From the NCBI GenBank assembly GCA_020184695.1, contig JAANOX010000064.1:124001-188000 (forward strand): a DNA stretch of 64,000 bases, in the 5' to 3' direction. The notes below the pieces were generated by a model. The model was not told the DNA's origin. It did not search any database and saw only the letters and a program-made list of their open reading frames with translations. The translations under genes were made by a program, and so were the position numbers. Source of the stretch: Histomonas meleagridis 2922-C6/04-290x. Lineage: Eukaryota; Protista; Parabasalia. Below, piece after piece: positions 22,031-31,983 of this stretch. Each line of letters begins with the position of its first letter. Position 1 is the stretch's first letter.

Positions 22031-22660
22031 TCAATGAAACCACACTGGATCTTGATCTACAAATAATTGGTCTGGAATGTATGTCATATCAAATGTTGGG
22101 AAATTTGGATGTTCTTCCAGAAATGTATCTTCGATTTTAAGAGTGAAAGGGTTAAAATCGAATAAATCAATTTTTTTGGATTCAGAAATTGGCATGTTTT
22201 TTGTTTCTTCAATGTTTTTTGTGACAAGCTTTCGAACTGTCCATTGCCTCATTTCGGAGAAATTGCTTTTAAGGAAAGGAAAGAGTTTACCAAGCTCACT
22301 TGCAATTTCAGCAGTTGTTTGAACCAAAACATATCCTATTGCTTGTATTCCATTGTTAATTGATGACTTACATTTCCCAATGATATGTTGCAGTTGCCTA
22401 GTGTTAATAACTATGTGATCTTCCATCCAAAAAATTCCACATACAAGAGATTTTATGTTTTGAGTTTCTGGTTCTTTTTGAATATATTTTTTAATGAGCT
22501 CAAAAACATTGTGAAAATTATCACATATTTTTGGATTTTTAGAAATGAGAAATGATCTAAGAATATCTTTTTGAAGATTTAAGTAATCAATCTGATCATT
22601 TTGTGAAAGATATTCAAAAAACTTTGGAAAAGATTTCATCTGTGTCTTCTTCGTCATCAT
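22031..22660 (-). CDS. Initiator-binding domain (IBD, IBP39-like) transcription factor
   Basis: SLVCGIFWM..IVINTRQLQHIIGKCKSSINNG...GY and RQWTVR are typical of the parabasalid IBD family. Confidence 0.85.
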   Translation of the reverse strand: MMTKKTQMKSFPKFFEYLSQNDQIDYLNLQKDILRSFLISKNPKICDNFHNVFELIKKYIQKEPETQNIKSLVCGIFWMEDHIVINTRQLQHIIGKCKSSINNGIQAIGYVLVQTTAEIASELGKLFPFLKSNFSEMRQWTVRKLVTKNIEETKNMPISESKKIDLFDFNPFTLKIEDTFLEEHPNFPTFDMTYIPDQLFVDQDPVWFH

Positions 22661-23541
22661 CAGCTGAAAACGAACGTGAAATAAAAATGCAAAGGTTTCA
22701 AAAAGTTCAATAAATTATTTTGAATGACATCGAGTGATATGTTTCATTCAAATTATTGATGTCGTACCCAGTTGTGACATGTTAACCATTAACCCACTAC
22801 ACAAATAACTGTGTGATTTCAATGGCTTTGTGAGGCAACACAAATAAAATGTGGTGATATCCAGGGTGCACCAAATTTTTACACCAGCAAAATGGGGTGG
22901 TCTTAAAAATTTTTTTTCAAAAAAACCAAATATCTTTCATTACTATCATATCATAGTATTGTTCATTAAAAAAAGATTTGTTTATATCAATTCACAACTT
23001 AATATAGGATCTTCTTCTTCAAAAAAAAAAATGCCAATTATCCCAATTGTTTGATCCCAGCTCAAAGAATCCTTTTCAAGATTTGAATTGGTTGATAGGG
23101 ACTGTCACTTTTTAGCAAAACCTGGGATACGCTTGTTCATAACGTCCTCCACACTTTATCATCAACACAAAAAAATTGAGCTCCTTTGAATTTTTTTGTT
23201 TGAATGTTGATCGAACTTTTCATTAAAGTAAACATTTCAAATCAAGTGAAAGAAAAAAAGTTTACTTGAATTTTCGTCATAATCTTTTGAGATGATAAGA
23301 AAAAGGAAAAGATGACAATTTTGCACGATTGATCTTTCTTGGTTATAATTTGATCTTGTCTCATCTTATGTATTTATTATTCATTTGTTTATGCCCATGA
23401 ATTTTATGGTAAATTTATCACAGATAGAAAAAAAACAAGTTTCTTTTTAATGTCCAGATTTAGTCCTGATTCAAAATTTTCAAAATCGATTGAATGAATT
23501 GTGAGGCTTTGGAAAGTGTCAGAAATTTTGTTTTGAATTAA

Positions 23542-24750
23542 ATGCTATACCTCCTGCTACATGGGATTATATGCTATCAAGAATTCAAAATATCTACCTT
23601 CGGGAAAATCTCCAATGTCGCATCATTCGGTTTTCAAAAGGGCGCAGTTTTTTCTTTCGAATTTGAAACATCAGATCCTTATGATTTTGAGGCATTCTTG
23701 CTTACAAAAAGACAGCTAGACACAGCAGTACAAAAATCAACACAGTTATGTCAAAGTGATGGTTTTAATACAAAATATTATTTAACGTTAAAAGAATCTA
23801 CGCAAAAAAATTATTGGATGGGTACAATTCAAGAAAGAGGAATATATTTCCTTGTATTACGCAACTGCCATCCGAATAACAGTGAAGTAATTATTCGAGC
23901 CAATTTTTCAAATGGTAATTCATACCTTGATACAAGAGATCAAATACTTCCATTAACATACCAAGTATTTTGCGCTATTTATTATGCCATTGCTATTATC
24001 TGGGCAATCAATGGTTATGTTAATTCCAATTTTAGAATTCCTCTCCACACAGTTTTCACGGCTCTTCCTATTGTCCGTGCCATTTCACTCTCTATATCAG
24101 GATCAATATGGATACAAAAGAAAAATTTTGATTATGTCTCACCATGGAAGAATTATGCCACATTATTACTGGAAGTAACCTATTACTGTCTTTTATTTAC
24201 GGGAAATGCGCTTGCTTGCACAGGATTTTGCACATTTAAAGAAAGATTAAAACGGGATGATCCAATACAAATCATCATATCGTCGTTACTACTTTCGATG
24301 TCTTTGACTCTCATCAACAGAGGCTCATCTTTTAAGGGCATTATATCATTAATGGTGTTATTGATATTAAGTTTAATTTGGTATCTGAAATATAGCCTTA
24401 TAAACGTAATAATCGCAATCAAAGTGCTCAAAAAGATGAAAAACGAACTAGTCCGAGCTAAATTAAAGCTATCGATAGATTTCGTATTGTCATTTCAATT
24501 GACATTGTTTGTCACAATATTGGTCTCTTTCTTCATCGCAGGCATAGAACTAAGGCAATGCATCTGCGCAATAACGTTAGAAATCGGTCTTGTGATATGC
24601 TCATTTATACAGATGAAATTCTTCTTGTTTAGGAAGAGATACTCCGGAAACATTGTAACTGTACAGAAACAGAAGACAGAGCACAGGTTCTCATGGTTGG
24701 TCGAGCCAAGGAGTCGAAGTTTAGTTTGTCTTGAACGTAATTATCAGTAA
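23542..24750 (+). CDS. Seven-transmembrane protein, GPR107/GPR108 (lung 7TM/GOST) family
   Basis: Signal peptide, lumenal domain (FGFQKGA; RNC; FSNGNSYLD) and about 7 hydrophobic helices. Confidence 0.7.
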   Translation: MLYLLLHGIICYQEFKISTFGKISNVASFGFQKGAVFSFEFETSDPYDFEAFLLTKRQLDTAVQKSTQLCQSDGFNTKYYLTLKESTQKNYWMGTIQERGIYFLVLRNCHPNNSEVIIRANFSNGNSYLDTRDQILPLTYQVFCAIYYAIAIIWAINGYVNSNFRIPLHTVFTALPIVRAISLSISGSIWIQKKNFDYVSPWKNYATLLLEVTYYCLLFTGNALACTGFCTFKERLKRDDPIQIIISSLLLSMSLTLINRGSSFKGIISLMVLLILSLIWYLKYSLINVIIAIKVLKKMKNELVRAKLKLSIDFVLSFQLTLFVTILVSFFIAGIELRQCICAITLEIGLVICSFIQMKFFLFRKRYSGNIVTVQKQKTEHRFSWLVEPRSRSLVCLERNYQ

Positions 24751-25281
24751 TAGGATTGTTTTGTTTGATTAAAATTTGTTATTTTATCTTTTTTTTTTTA
24801 GAGTTTTTAAGTTAAATATATTCGAGATCTTAAATTTTAAAGTTAATTATTTCCTTTTAAGCAGTAAAAATTATGATATTTCTTATAGGAAACAAATGGC
24901 TTTTAGAGTTATAATACGTTCAATGAGTTTAACTGCATGTATATATAAAAAAAAATAAATTTGAAATAATTTGAAAAAAAATTGACTAATGACGTTAATT
25001 ATATAATAAACAATATTATTCTTTTGGAACTATCCATTATTGACAATTTTGGAATAGGTTTCGATGAACTTTGCATCGGAAGGTCGCATTTGAAATCAGT
25101 TTTGCACGTAACGTATGTAAACTATTTAAAAGCTGTGTGTCAAAAACATTCCTTTTCACTTTTTCATTAAATTCGTTTACAACACGCTTTTTGGCCATTG
25201 AATTATCCGGAATAATCAAGTTTTTCAAAGCATAACAGTCAACTCAAATTTGATAAAAACAGTTTTTGTATCACTTAACAA

Positions 25282-27186
25282 ATGTGTGCAGTTCGTCTCC
25301 ACGTAAGGATTATCGAAGGAAAAAATCTTCTCCAAATGGATCTTGGAAAATCCGATCCATATTGCGTTCTTCGTCTTAAGAGCCAGAAGCAAACACAAAA
25401 AACAAAAACAATTAAAAATACAATGAATCCAGTTTGGAATGAAGATTTTGATTTCTTCCCTGAAAAGCCCGATGATGTTCTTCTTATCAATATGTTTGAT
25501 GAAGATATTGCAAAAGATGATAAGATGATGGATGAACTTCAATTTAAGGTTGCCGACTTCAAACCAGGCGCTGAACCAGCAAAACTCACAAAAGAATTAG
25601 TGTTAACAAAGTTACTTAAGAAACAAAAAGCAGGTCTTCTTATTCTTGAAATTCAAGCATTCCCACCTGGAAAACCAAAGGACGAGAAAAAGAAAGATCA
25701 TAAGAAAGGCGACAAGAAGAAGGATGATAAGAAACGTGAAAGAAGAGGATCCTCTTCTAGCAAGAAGAAGTCAGCACCAATTGGCAACATGAAGATCTCT
25801 GTTGTTTGTCACAGCGCAAGAGGTCTTGTTGCTGCTGACCGTAATGGCTTCTCTGATCCATATCTTGTTTTCAACATCAAGGGCAATTCCGAACGTGTTA
25901 TGACCAAGTTCATTGAAAACTCACTTAATCCAGTCTGGAATGAAACAGTTGAAATCAATGGTGTTGACCAATCTAAAGACATTATCGAAATTGTTGTTTT
26001 CGATAAGGACAAGAAAGTTGATCTTAAGAAGAATGATCAAATTGGTTATGCACAAGTCAAAGTTGCTGAAATTCGATTCGGTGAACAAGTTGAAATTCCA
26101 CTTGTTAAAATGTCGAAGAAGAAGCCAGCTAAGGATTCCAAACCAGGAGATGCTGGATTTGTCAAGCTTACATTCAACACAGACAATGAAGTCAAGCCAC
26201 AACTTGCGCTTAATGTTCGTGTTGTTTCTGCTAGAAATCTTAAAATCGCAGATGCTAATGGCAAATCCGATCCATATGTCATTGTCAAACTTGGTAATGA
26301 ACAAAGAAAGACTAAGGCTATCCAAAACACGCTCGATCCAGTTTGGAATGAAGAAATGCGCTTTGTCCCAGTCACACCAGATCAAGAAATCTCGTTCCAA
26401 GTTATGGATGAAGATATCATTAGCGATGACAAACTTGGCAAAGTCGTTGTTAAACTTTCTGATCTTAAAGTTGGACAAATCCTTGAAAAGGACTACAAAC
26501 TTGAAGATGTTAAGACAGGTATGATGACAATTGTTCTTCACTTAGCCGATGCTAAGGATACACCATTCGGTGCACACGTTTCTAAGCCAAAGGAAAAGAA
26601 GAAGCACTCCAAGTCACACTGCACAAACTTCACACTCGGAAGTTACTCATCAAGTTACTCGACAAGTTTCTCTGGCTACACCAACTGCTCGACAACACTT
26701 TCAGCACTTTCATCAAGTGAAGAAGTATATCACATCCATAAAGTTTATGAGAAGAAGGAATACAAAGTCAAGCCAAAGAACGAATCACTTAAGGGTGTAA
26801 TCGTTGGCTGCAATAACTTGATCAAGGCTGATAGCGACGGAAGTGATACTTATGTTACACTTAGACTTCTCGGTAAGGAACACGCTAAGGGTGAAATGAT
26901 CAAGACACAAACTATCCATGACACACAAGACCCAGTCTACAACAAGGAATTCGAATTCAAGAAGGTGAAGAAGGGTGAAGAACTCGAAATCATTGTATAC
27001 CAAGACCACAAGATATTCAAGGACGTACCAATCGGTATCGCTAAGATTAGTGTGCGTGATCTCGATGATGGAGAAGGCGAAAAGGTGATCCAACTTCATA
27101 GACCACCGAAATTACCAAAGATTTTGGAGAAGTTCACAGACTTCGGCGTTCTCAAGATCAGACTAAACCACCATAGGGAATTCTGA
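25282..27186 (+). CDS. Multi-C2-domain protein (four C2 domains)
   Basis: Four C2 repeats (DLGKSDPYC, GFSDPYL, GKSDPYV, DGSDTYV, each followed by an NPVWNE-like motif), Lys-rich linkers, Inr at 25271. Confidence 0.92.
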   Translation: MCAVRLHVRIIEGKNLLQMDLGKSDPYCVLRLKSQKQTQKTKTIKNTMNPVWNEDFDFFPEKPDDVLLINMFDEDIAKDDKMMDELQFKVADFKPGAEPAKLTKELVLTKLLKKQKAGLLILEIQAFPPGKPKDEKKKDHKKGDKKKDDKKRERRGSSSSKKKSAPIGNMKISVVCHSARGLVAADRNGFSDPYLVFNIKGNSERVMTKFIENSLNPVWNETVEINGVDQSKDIIEIVVFDKDKKVDLKKNDQIGYAQVKVAEIRFGEQVEIPLVKMSKKKPAKDSKPGDAGFVKLTFNTDNEVKPQLALNVRVVSARNLKIADANGKSDPYVIVKLGNEQRKTKAIQNTLDPVWNEEMRFVPVTPDQEISFQVMDEDIISDDKLGKVVVKLSDLKVGQILEKDYKLEDVKTGMMTIVLHLADAKDTPFGAHVSKPKEKKKHSKSHCTNFTLGSYSSSYSTSFSGYTNCSTTLSALSSSEEVYHIHKVYEKKEYKVKPKNESLKGVIVGCNNLIKADSDGSDTYVTLRLLGKEHAKGEMIKTQTIHDTQDPVYNKEFEFKKVKKGEELEIIVYQDHKIFKDVPIGIAKISVRDLDDGEGEKVIQLHRPPKLPKILEKFTDFGVLKIRLNHHREF

Positions 27187-27732
27187 TTAAGTAAACAACG
27201 AGTTTGCATTAAATTTTGTTTAATTTTTGTGTGTTGTTGGAAATATCAAAAATTGCTCTTTAAGATAATGTATTGATTTATACGAAAGGACAAAGAATTC
27301 CAAGAAGAGATTCAAATCGAAATCATTTTAAAATGTTAAAGTTACCCTCAAAAGAATATGTAATTATATTAGGATGTATTATATTAAATAATTATGAACC
27401 ATCTTTATTCCCATATCATATTTATTTGCTTATTGAAATGGATATCATATGATTTAAATAAAACATATCACTTTAAAAGATTGTGGTCAAATTTTTAACA
27501 ATAAAACTTACAATAACAGTACAATAATCAAATATGTTGTTCGATTTTGGAATTGAAATTGAGAAAATGAATTGTTGTTTATTTTGAAACACTTTTCTCT
27601 AAAAATAAAATTATCATTAAGTAATAAGTTAGATGTAGTTCATGATCAAAAAAGAGATTGATTGCAATTTTTTTTCATTTGTCCATTATATTAATAATAT
27701 ATTTATATAAATGGTCAAAACTAATTGTGAAG

Positions 27733-27805
27733 GGGACTCTAGCTCACCTGGGAGAGCACACGACTGAAGATCGTGAGGTACGTGGTTCGAGTCCGCGGAG
27801 TCCCA
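27733..27805 (+). tRNA. tRNA-Phe(GAA)
   Basis: Full cloverleaf: acceptor GGGACTC/GAGTCCC, D stem GCTC/GAGC, anticodon stem CACGA/TCGTG with loop CTGAAGA, T loop TTCGAGT. Confidence 0.96.
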
Positions 27806-27812
27806 TTTTTTT
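27806..27812 (+). terminator. RNA polymerase III oligo-T terminator
   Basis: T7 run immediately after the tRNA discriminator base. Confidence 0.8.
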
Positions 27813-28199
27813 CAAATTCCCATTCACAAGTGGGAAGGGTTTTTCTGAAGCAAGTTCTAAATGTTTTGCGACAAAAGTGTCATATAATCACCACATTTAT
27901 TTTTGCAAAAATACTGAATAAATATTTATTTTCATTGTCTCATTAATTTTTCATATTTACTTATAATATGATACCCTTAACATGTAAAAGCCCGAATTTA
28001 TTAATAATCGATGCTTCTAATTTTGTGATTCTCTCTTCGATATAAAAATATATATCTATTTTCATAATAAATGTATTTATAAATTATAAAAAATATTGTT
28101 TACTAATGAAGATATTTTTGTATTATTTTGAGGTTCTATCACTTTTTCTTAAAACAGGTTCGAACCCATTTTGTTTGGGTAACCTCATTTGGGGAGTGA

Positions 28200-29140
28200 T
28201 TTGTAAATAACAAATAAAACAAATAAATATATTTATCATTAATATCAATTCCTTCTTGTTCAAGAAGTAATTTAACTATTTCTGTATGACCATATTCAGA
28301 TGCAACCATAAGTGCTGTATCTAATAATTTATATAATTTCCAAATATTATTTTGAAATAAGAAATTGTTAAAACAAATTTTAAATAAAACAAATAAATAT
28401 TTTTAGCATTAATATCAATTCCTTCTTGTTCAAGAAGTAATTTAACTGTTTCTATATGACCATTTTCACATGCCTTTATAAGTGCTGTATTAAATAATAT
28501 AGATAATTTCCAAATATTATTTTGATATCCAAAATTATTAAAATAAATATTAAATAAAACAAATAAATATCTTTCGCATTAATGTCAATACCTTCTTGTT
28601 CAAGAAGTAATTTGACTATATCTATGCGTTTCCATGAAGTAGCAAGCATAAGTGCTGTATTAAATAATATAAATAATTTCTAAATATTGTTTTGAAATAC
28701 CAAATTATTAAAATAAATATCAAATAAAACAAATAAATATCTTTAGCATTAATATCAATTCCTTCTTGTTCAAGAAGTAATTTAACTGTTTCTGTTTGAT
28801 CATTTAAAGATGCAATCATAAGTGCTGTCCAAAATAATTTAAATAATTTCCAAATATTATTTTGAAATAAAAAATTATTAATATAAATTTTAAACAAAAC
28901 AAATAAATATCTTTAGCATTGGTATCAATTCCTTCTTGTTCAAGAAGTAATTTAACTATTTCTGTACAACCATTTGAAGATGCTAATGTAAGTGCTGTAT
29001 AAAATAATTTAAATAATTTCCAAATATTATTTTGAAATATTAAATTATTAAAATAAATATTAAATAAAACAAATAAATATCTTTAGCATTAAAATCAATT
29101 CCTTCTTGTTCAAGAATGTATTTAACTATTTCAGGATTAC
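28200..29140 (-). repeat. Tandem array, 170-nt period: 90-nt ankyrin unit plus 80-nt AT-rich spacer
   Basis: AGTGCTGT recurs at 28311, 28481, 28651, 28821 and 28991. Five stop-free 30-codon ankyrin units and five 80-nt spacers. Confidence 0.95.
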
Positions 29141-30317
29141 CCGATTGTGCAGAAAATATTAATGTATCATATGGAATTTGGATTTCTTTGAGAAAATATT
29201 TGAGAAGATATAAATTACCAACTTTCGCAGATGCAATAATAACAGAATCATCAATCTTTATTTTTTCATCTTCCAAAAATGAAAAAATTTCATAGTTCCC
29301 ATATTCAATACAAAATTGCATCAAATTAATACCTAATTTTTCTGGAGCATTAATTTTTTCGATTTTATTTTCATAAATATAATGGAAAATTTTATTTTTA
29401 TGGAATTTAATTGCTGTTTCATATGCACCTTCAAATGTTGAATGATTTTGTTCACATAAATGAATAATTTCTTCATTTCCACCTGCAATTGCATATTTAC
29501 CTGTGTTTTCCACATCTGAACCATTCATAAGTAAATATTTAAAACATTTAATAGATCCAAAGAATGCTGCATAATCAATTAATGTAACATTTTCTTGATT
29601 AATAAATGAACATATTTCATAAAGTGATAGTTCAATTTCTTGATTAAAATCAAAATCGCTTTGTGATGATATTTCTTGAAGTTTTTCGATTTCATCATTT
29701 CGGATTATTTTCGTAATTTCATTTGGATTATGACCTTCTTTGATTAATTTCTTATGAAGCTCCCAATCATTCTTTGAAAGTTCTTCATAATTTTTATGAA
29801 AATATTTCATCGTTACATATAGAAAATCTTTAAAACCCATATCGTCTTCATCTTCATCAATTGCATTAGTATTATGTTCAACTTCGTTATTTATACGATG
29901 TACAAAATATATTGATTCAAGATGATCCAAGATATTTGCATCAATTAATTTTTGCTCAAGCAAATTCTCGATAAAATATTGTGCTTCTTGAGATGCAAAA
30001 GATTGTTTATTAATAAAATTTAATAAATACTTACAAAAAATGTCAAAAACTTTAGGATTGTTTGCGTTGATTTCTTCTTCTTGTGATTGAACTATTTGTA
30101 AATATTTGAGGTATGTGCTTCCATTCACATTTTTTTGTGAGCAAAATATGTAGTAGATTAAATGAATTAAAACTAGATTGAACGAATATGGGTGGATTGA
30201 ATCAAATAAATTCATTGTTTGTTGAACTGATAATGTGATATTTTCATTTATCAAACCATGAATAATTTGTTGCAATTCTTTCATATTTTGTAAAGGTATA
30301 GAAGAATCAGAGCTCAT
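29040..30317 (-). CDS. DUF3447/ankyrin-repeat protein, N-terminal ORF (probably continues through the spacer-interrupted array to about 28229)
   Basis: TLIDYAAFFGSIKCFKYLL, YAIAGGNEEIIHLCEQ and AIKFHKN are typical of DUF3447. The ORF stops 13 codons into the first spacer. Confidence 0.85.
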   Translation of the reverse strand: MSSDSSIPLQNMKELQQIIHGLINENITLSVQQTMNLFDSIHPYSFNLVLIHLIYYIFCSQKNVNGSTYLKYLQIVQSQEEEINANNPKVFDIFCKYLLNFINKQSFASQEAQYFIENLLEQKLIDANILDHLESIYFVHRINNEVEHNTNAIDEDEDDMGFKDFLYVTMKYFHKNYEELSKNDWELHKKLIKEGHNPNEITKIIRNDEIEKLQEISSQSDFDFNQEIELSLYEICSFINQENVTLIDYAAFFGSIKCFKYLLMNGSDVENTGKYAIAGGNEEIIHLCEQNHSTFEGAYETAIKFHKNKIFHYIYENKIEKINAPEKLGINLMQFCIEYGNYEIFSFLEDEKIKIDDSVIIASAKVGNLYLLKYFLKEIQIPYDTLIFSAQSGNPEIVKYILEQEGIDFNAKDIYLFYLIFILII

Positions 30318-30422
30318 TTGCCGGTAAATTTGCGCCTTAGACCAAAGGCGAAAACAACGATCAAAATTTACAACAGAACTTTTTCATAACTTTATTTGAA
30401 TTAATTGACTACACCTATTAAC

Positions 30423-30643
30423 AATGGCCACGTCCTCCGGTACGTTTTCACATTTTAAATTTGGAATAGTTCTGGTTCCTATTTTCCAAAAATAGATTCA
30501 TCCCAATCTTTAGGTTGTATTGAATCTTGATTAGGAATTAATTTAGACTCGCCCATTAACCATCCTTTTGGAGGATCAATTTTTTCTGGATCAGGTATAA
30601 ATTCGAATTTATCGGGTTATCTTTCATCCCAATCGAAGGGACG
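30423..30643 (-). pseudogene. Calnexin/calreticulin P-domain gene fragment
   Basis: Hand translation RPFDWDER*PDKFEFIPDPEKIDPPKGWLMGESKLIPNQDSIQPKDWDESIFGK*EPE, then after frameshifts IPNLKCE..GHW. These are P-domain KPEDWD/IPDP repeats with stops. Confidence 0.75.
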
Positions 30644-30821
30644 TTACTAAGTCTACCAAAAAGTGAAGTTCGACTTTTTGAAAACAATTTCAATCAAAAC
30701 CGATCAAAATGACCACAACTTTAAGCTTTTTTGTAAAAGTAGGTTAATGAAAAGAATTGACGATCAAAATATAGGCCACCCCAAAAGGGGGAAATTGAAA
30801 TTAAACGTTCTTTTTGAATTT

Positions 30822-31571
30822 TTATTCAAAAAGTGCTGGACTTGATGCACCAATACGGGATGCACCTGCTTCAATCATTGCATGAGCTGCTTCCTTTGTA
30901 CGAATGCCACCGGCAGCCTTAACGCCGAATTTTGGTCCGACAACAGCGCGCATAAGTGCAACATTTTCAACTGTTGCACCAGCTTTTCCAAAACCTGTTG
31001 ATGTTTTAACATTATCCGCTCCACTGATAACAGTAAGGATTGATGCATCAATAATGCGTTCACGATCGAGGTAGCATGTTTCGATGATACATTTCACATA
31101 TTTACCTGGAACAGCTGCTACAATTTCTTCGATATCTTGACGAACTTTCTTATAGTCTCCTTCAAGAAGAGCACCGATGTCAATGACCATATCGATTTCG
31201 TCAGCACCTGCTTCGACAGCGCATTTTGCTTCAAATGCCTTTGCAGCTGATGTTGTAGCACCAAGTGGGAATCCAACAACTGAAGCAATACGAATACCAG
31301 TTCCTGCAAGTTCACGTTTGCAGATATGGACACGATTTGGATTAACGCAAACAGAAATTGTTTTGTTTTGTTTGGCCTTTTCGCAAAGGTTTACAATGTC
31401 AGCTTCTGTTGAAAATGCGTTAAGAACAGTAAAATCTACATGTGCTGGGATGCTATTCTTGTCAGCTGGGATTGTTTTGTCCTCCTTCGCATTTTTAAGC
31501 TTGTTGGCAACTTCTTCGGCTGGAACGCCAAGTTTTTCAGCAACAAATGCAATGCGGTCAGAGAAATCCAT
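30822..31571 (-). CDS. deoC: Deoxyribose-phosphate aldolase (DERA)
   Basis: VCVNP, VVGFPLG, DEIDMV, KCIIET, VKTSTGF, VKAAGGIR and SRIGAS motifs; ATG at 31571 directly after a TCACTT Inr (249 aa). Confidence 0.97.
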   Translation of the reverse strand: MDFSDRIAFVAEKLGVPAEEVANKLKNAKEDKTIPADKNSIPAHVDFTVLNAFSTEADIVNLCEKAKQNKTISVCVNPNRVHICKRELAGTGIRIASVVGFPLGATTSAAKAFEAKCAVEAGADEIDMVIDIGALLEGDYKKVRQDIEEIVAAVPGKYVKCIIETCYLDRERIIDASILTVISGADNVKTSTGFGKAGATVENVALMRAVVGPKFGVKAAGGIRTKEAAHAMIEAGASRIGASSPALFE

Positions 31572-31983
31572 TAAAGTGACACTTTTATCATCGTTTTTGT
31601 CAAACCACTTTTTAAATAAATTAAGTGAATATTGAAATTTTTCTTTGAAATACAGCACCCTTAAAAAAGAGAATAAAATGCTTGCATACTAATTAATTTC
31701 ATCCTTCACTAGGGAATCTTTTGAGCAATTCCAATATAAGTGCAATTATTTCTATATATATGATAAAATCATTGGTAATTATTTAATCTTCATTAGAATT
31801 AAATAAAAAATAATACTCACAATGTTTAACATGCGATTTCCTTTAAATTGATTATAATTTAATTATCCGGTATGAGAATTCCTATAAAATAACATACAAA
31901 CAAAAATGTGCAATCACAAAGATGAAATGTGATGCCGTAATAAAGTATTTAAAATTCTATCGTTAAGAAACACAAGCCATAAA

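Noticed and set aside
23054-23128. 7-bp inverted repeat ATCCCAG/CTGGGAT in a GC-elevated intergenic patch
   Set aside because: Too short to exceed chance; no recognisable snRNA/snoRNA boxes.
28157-28166. GGTTCGAACC, a B-box/T-loop-like palindrome near the tRNA
   Set aside because: No A box, D arm, anticodon arm or acceptor stem can be folded on either strand.
28200-29140. Repeat-spacer architecture reminiscent of a CRISPR array
   Set aside because: Eukaryotic context, 170-nt units, the variable part is ankyrin coding sequence, and no cas genes.
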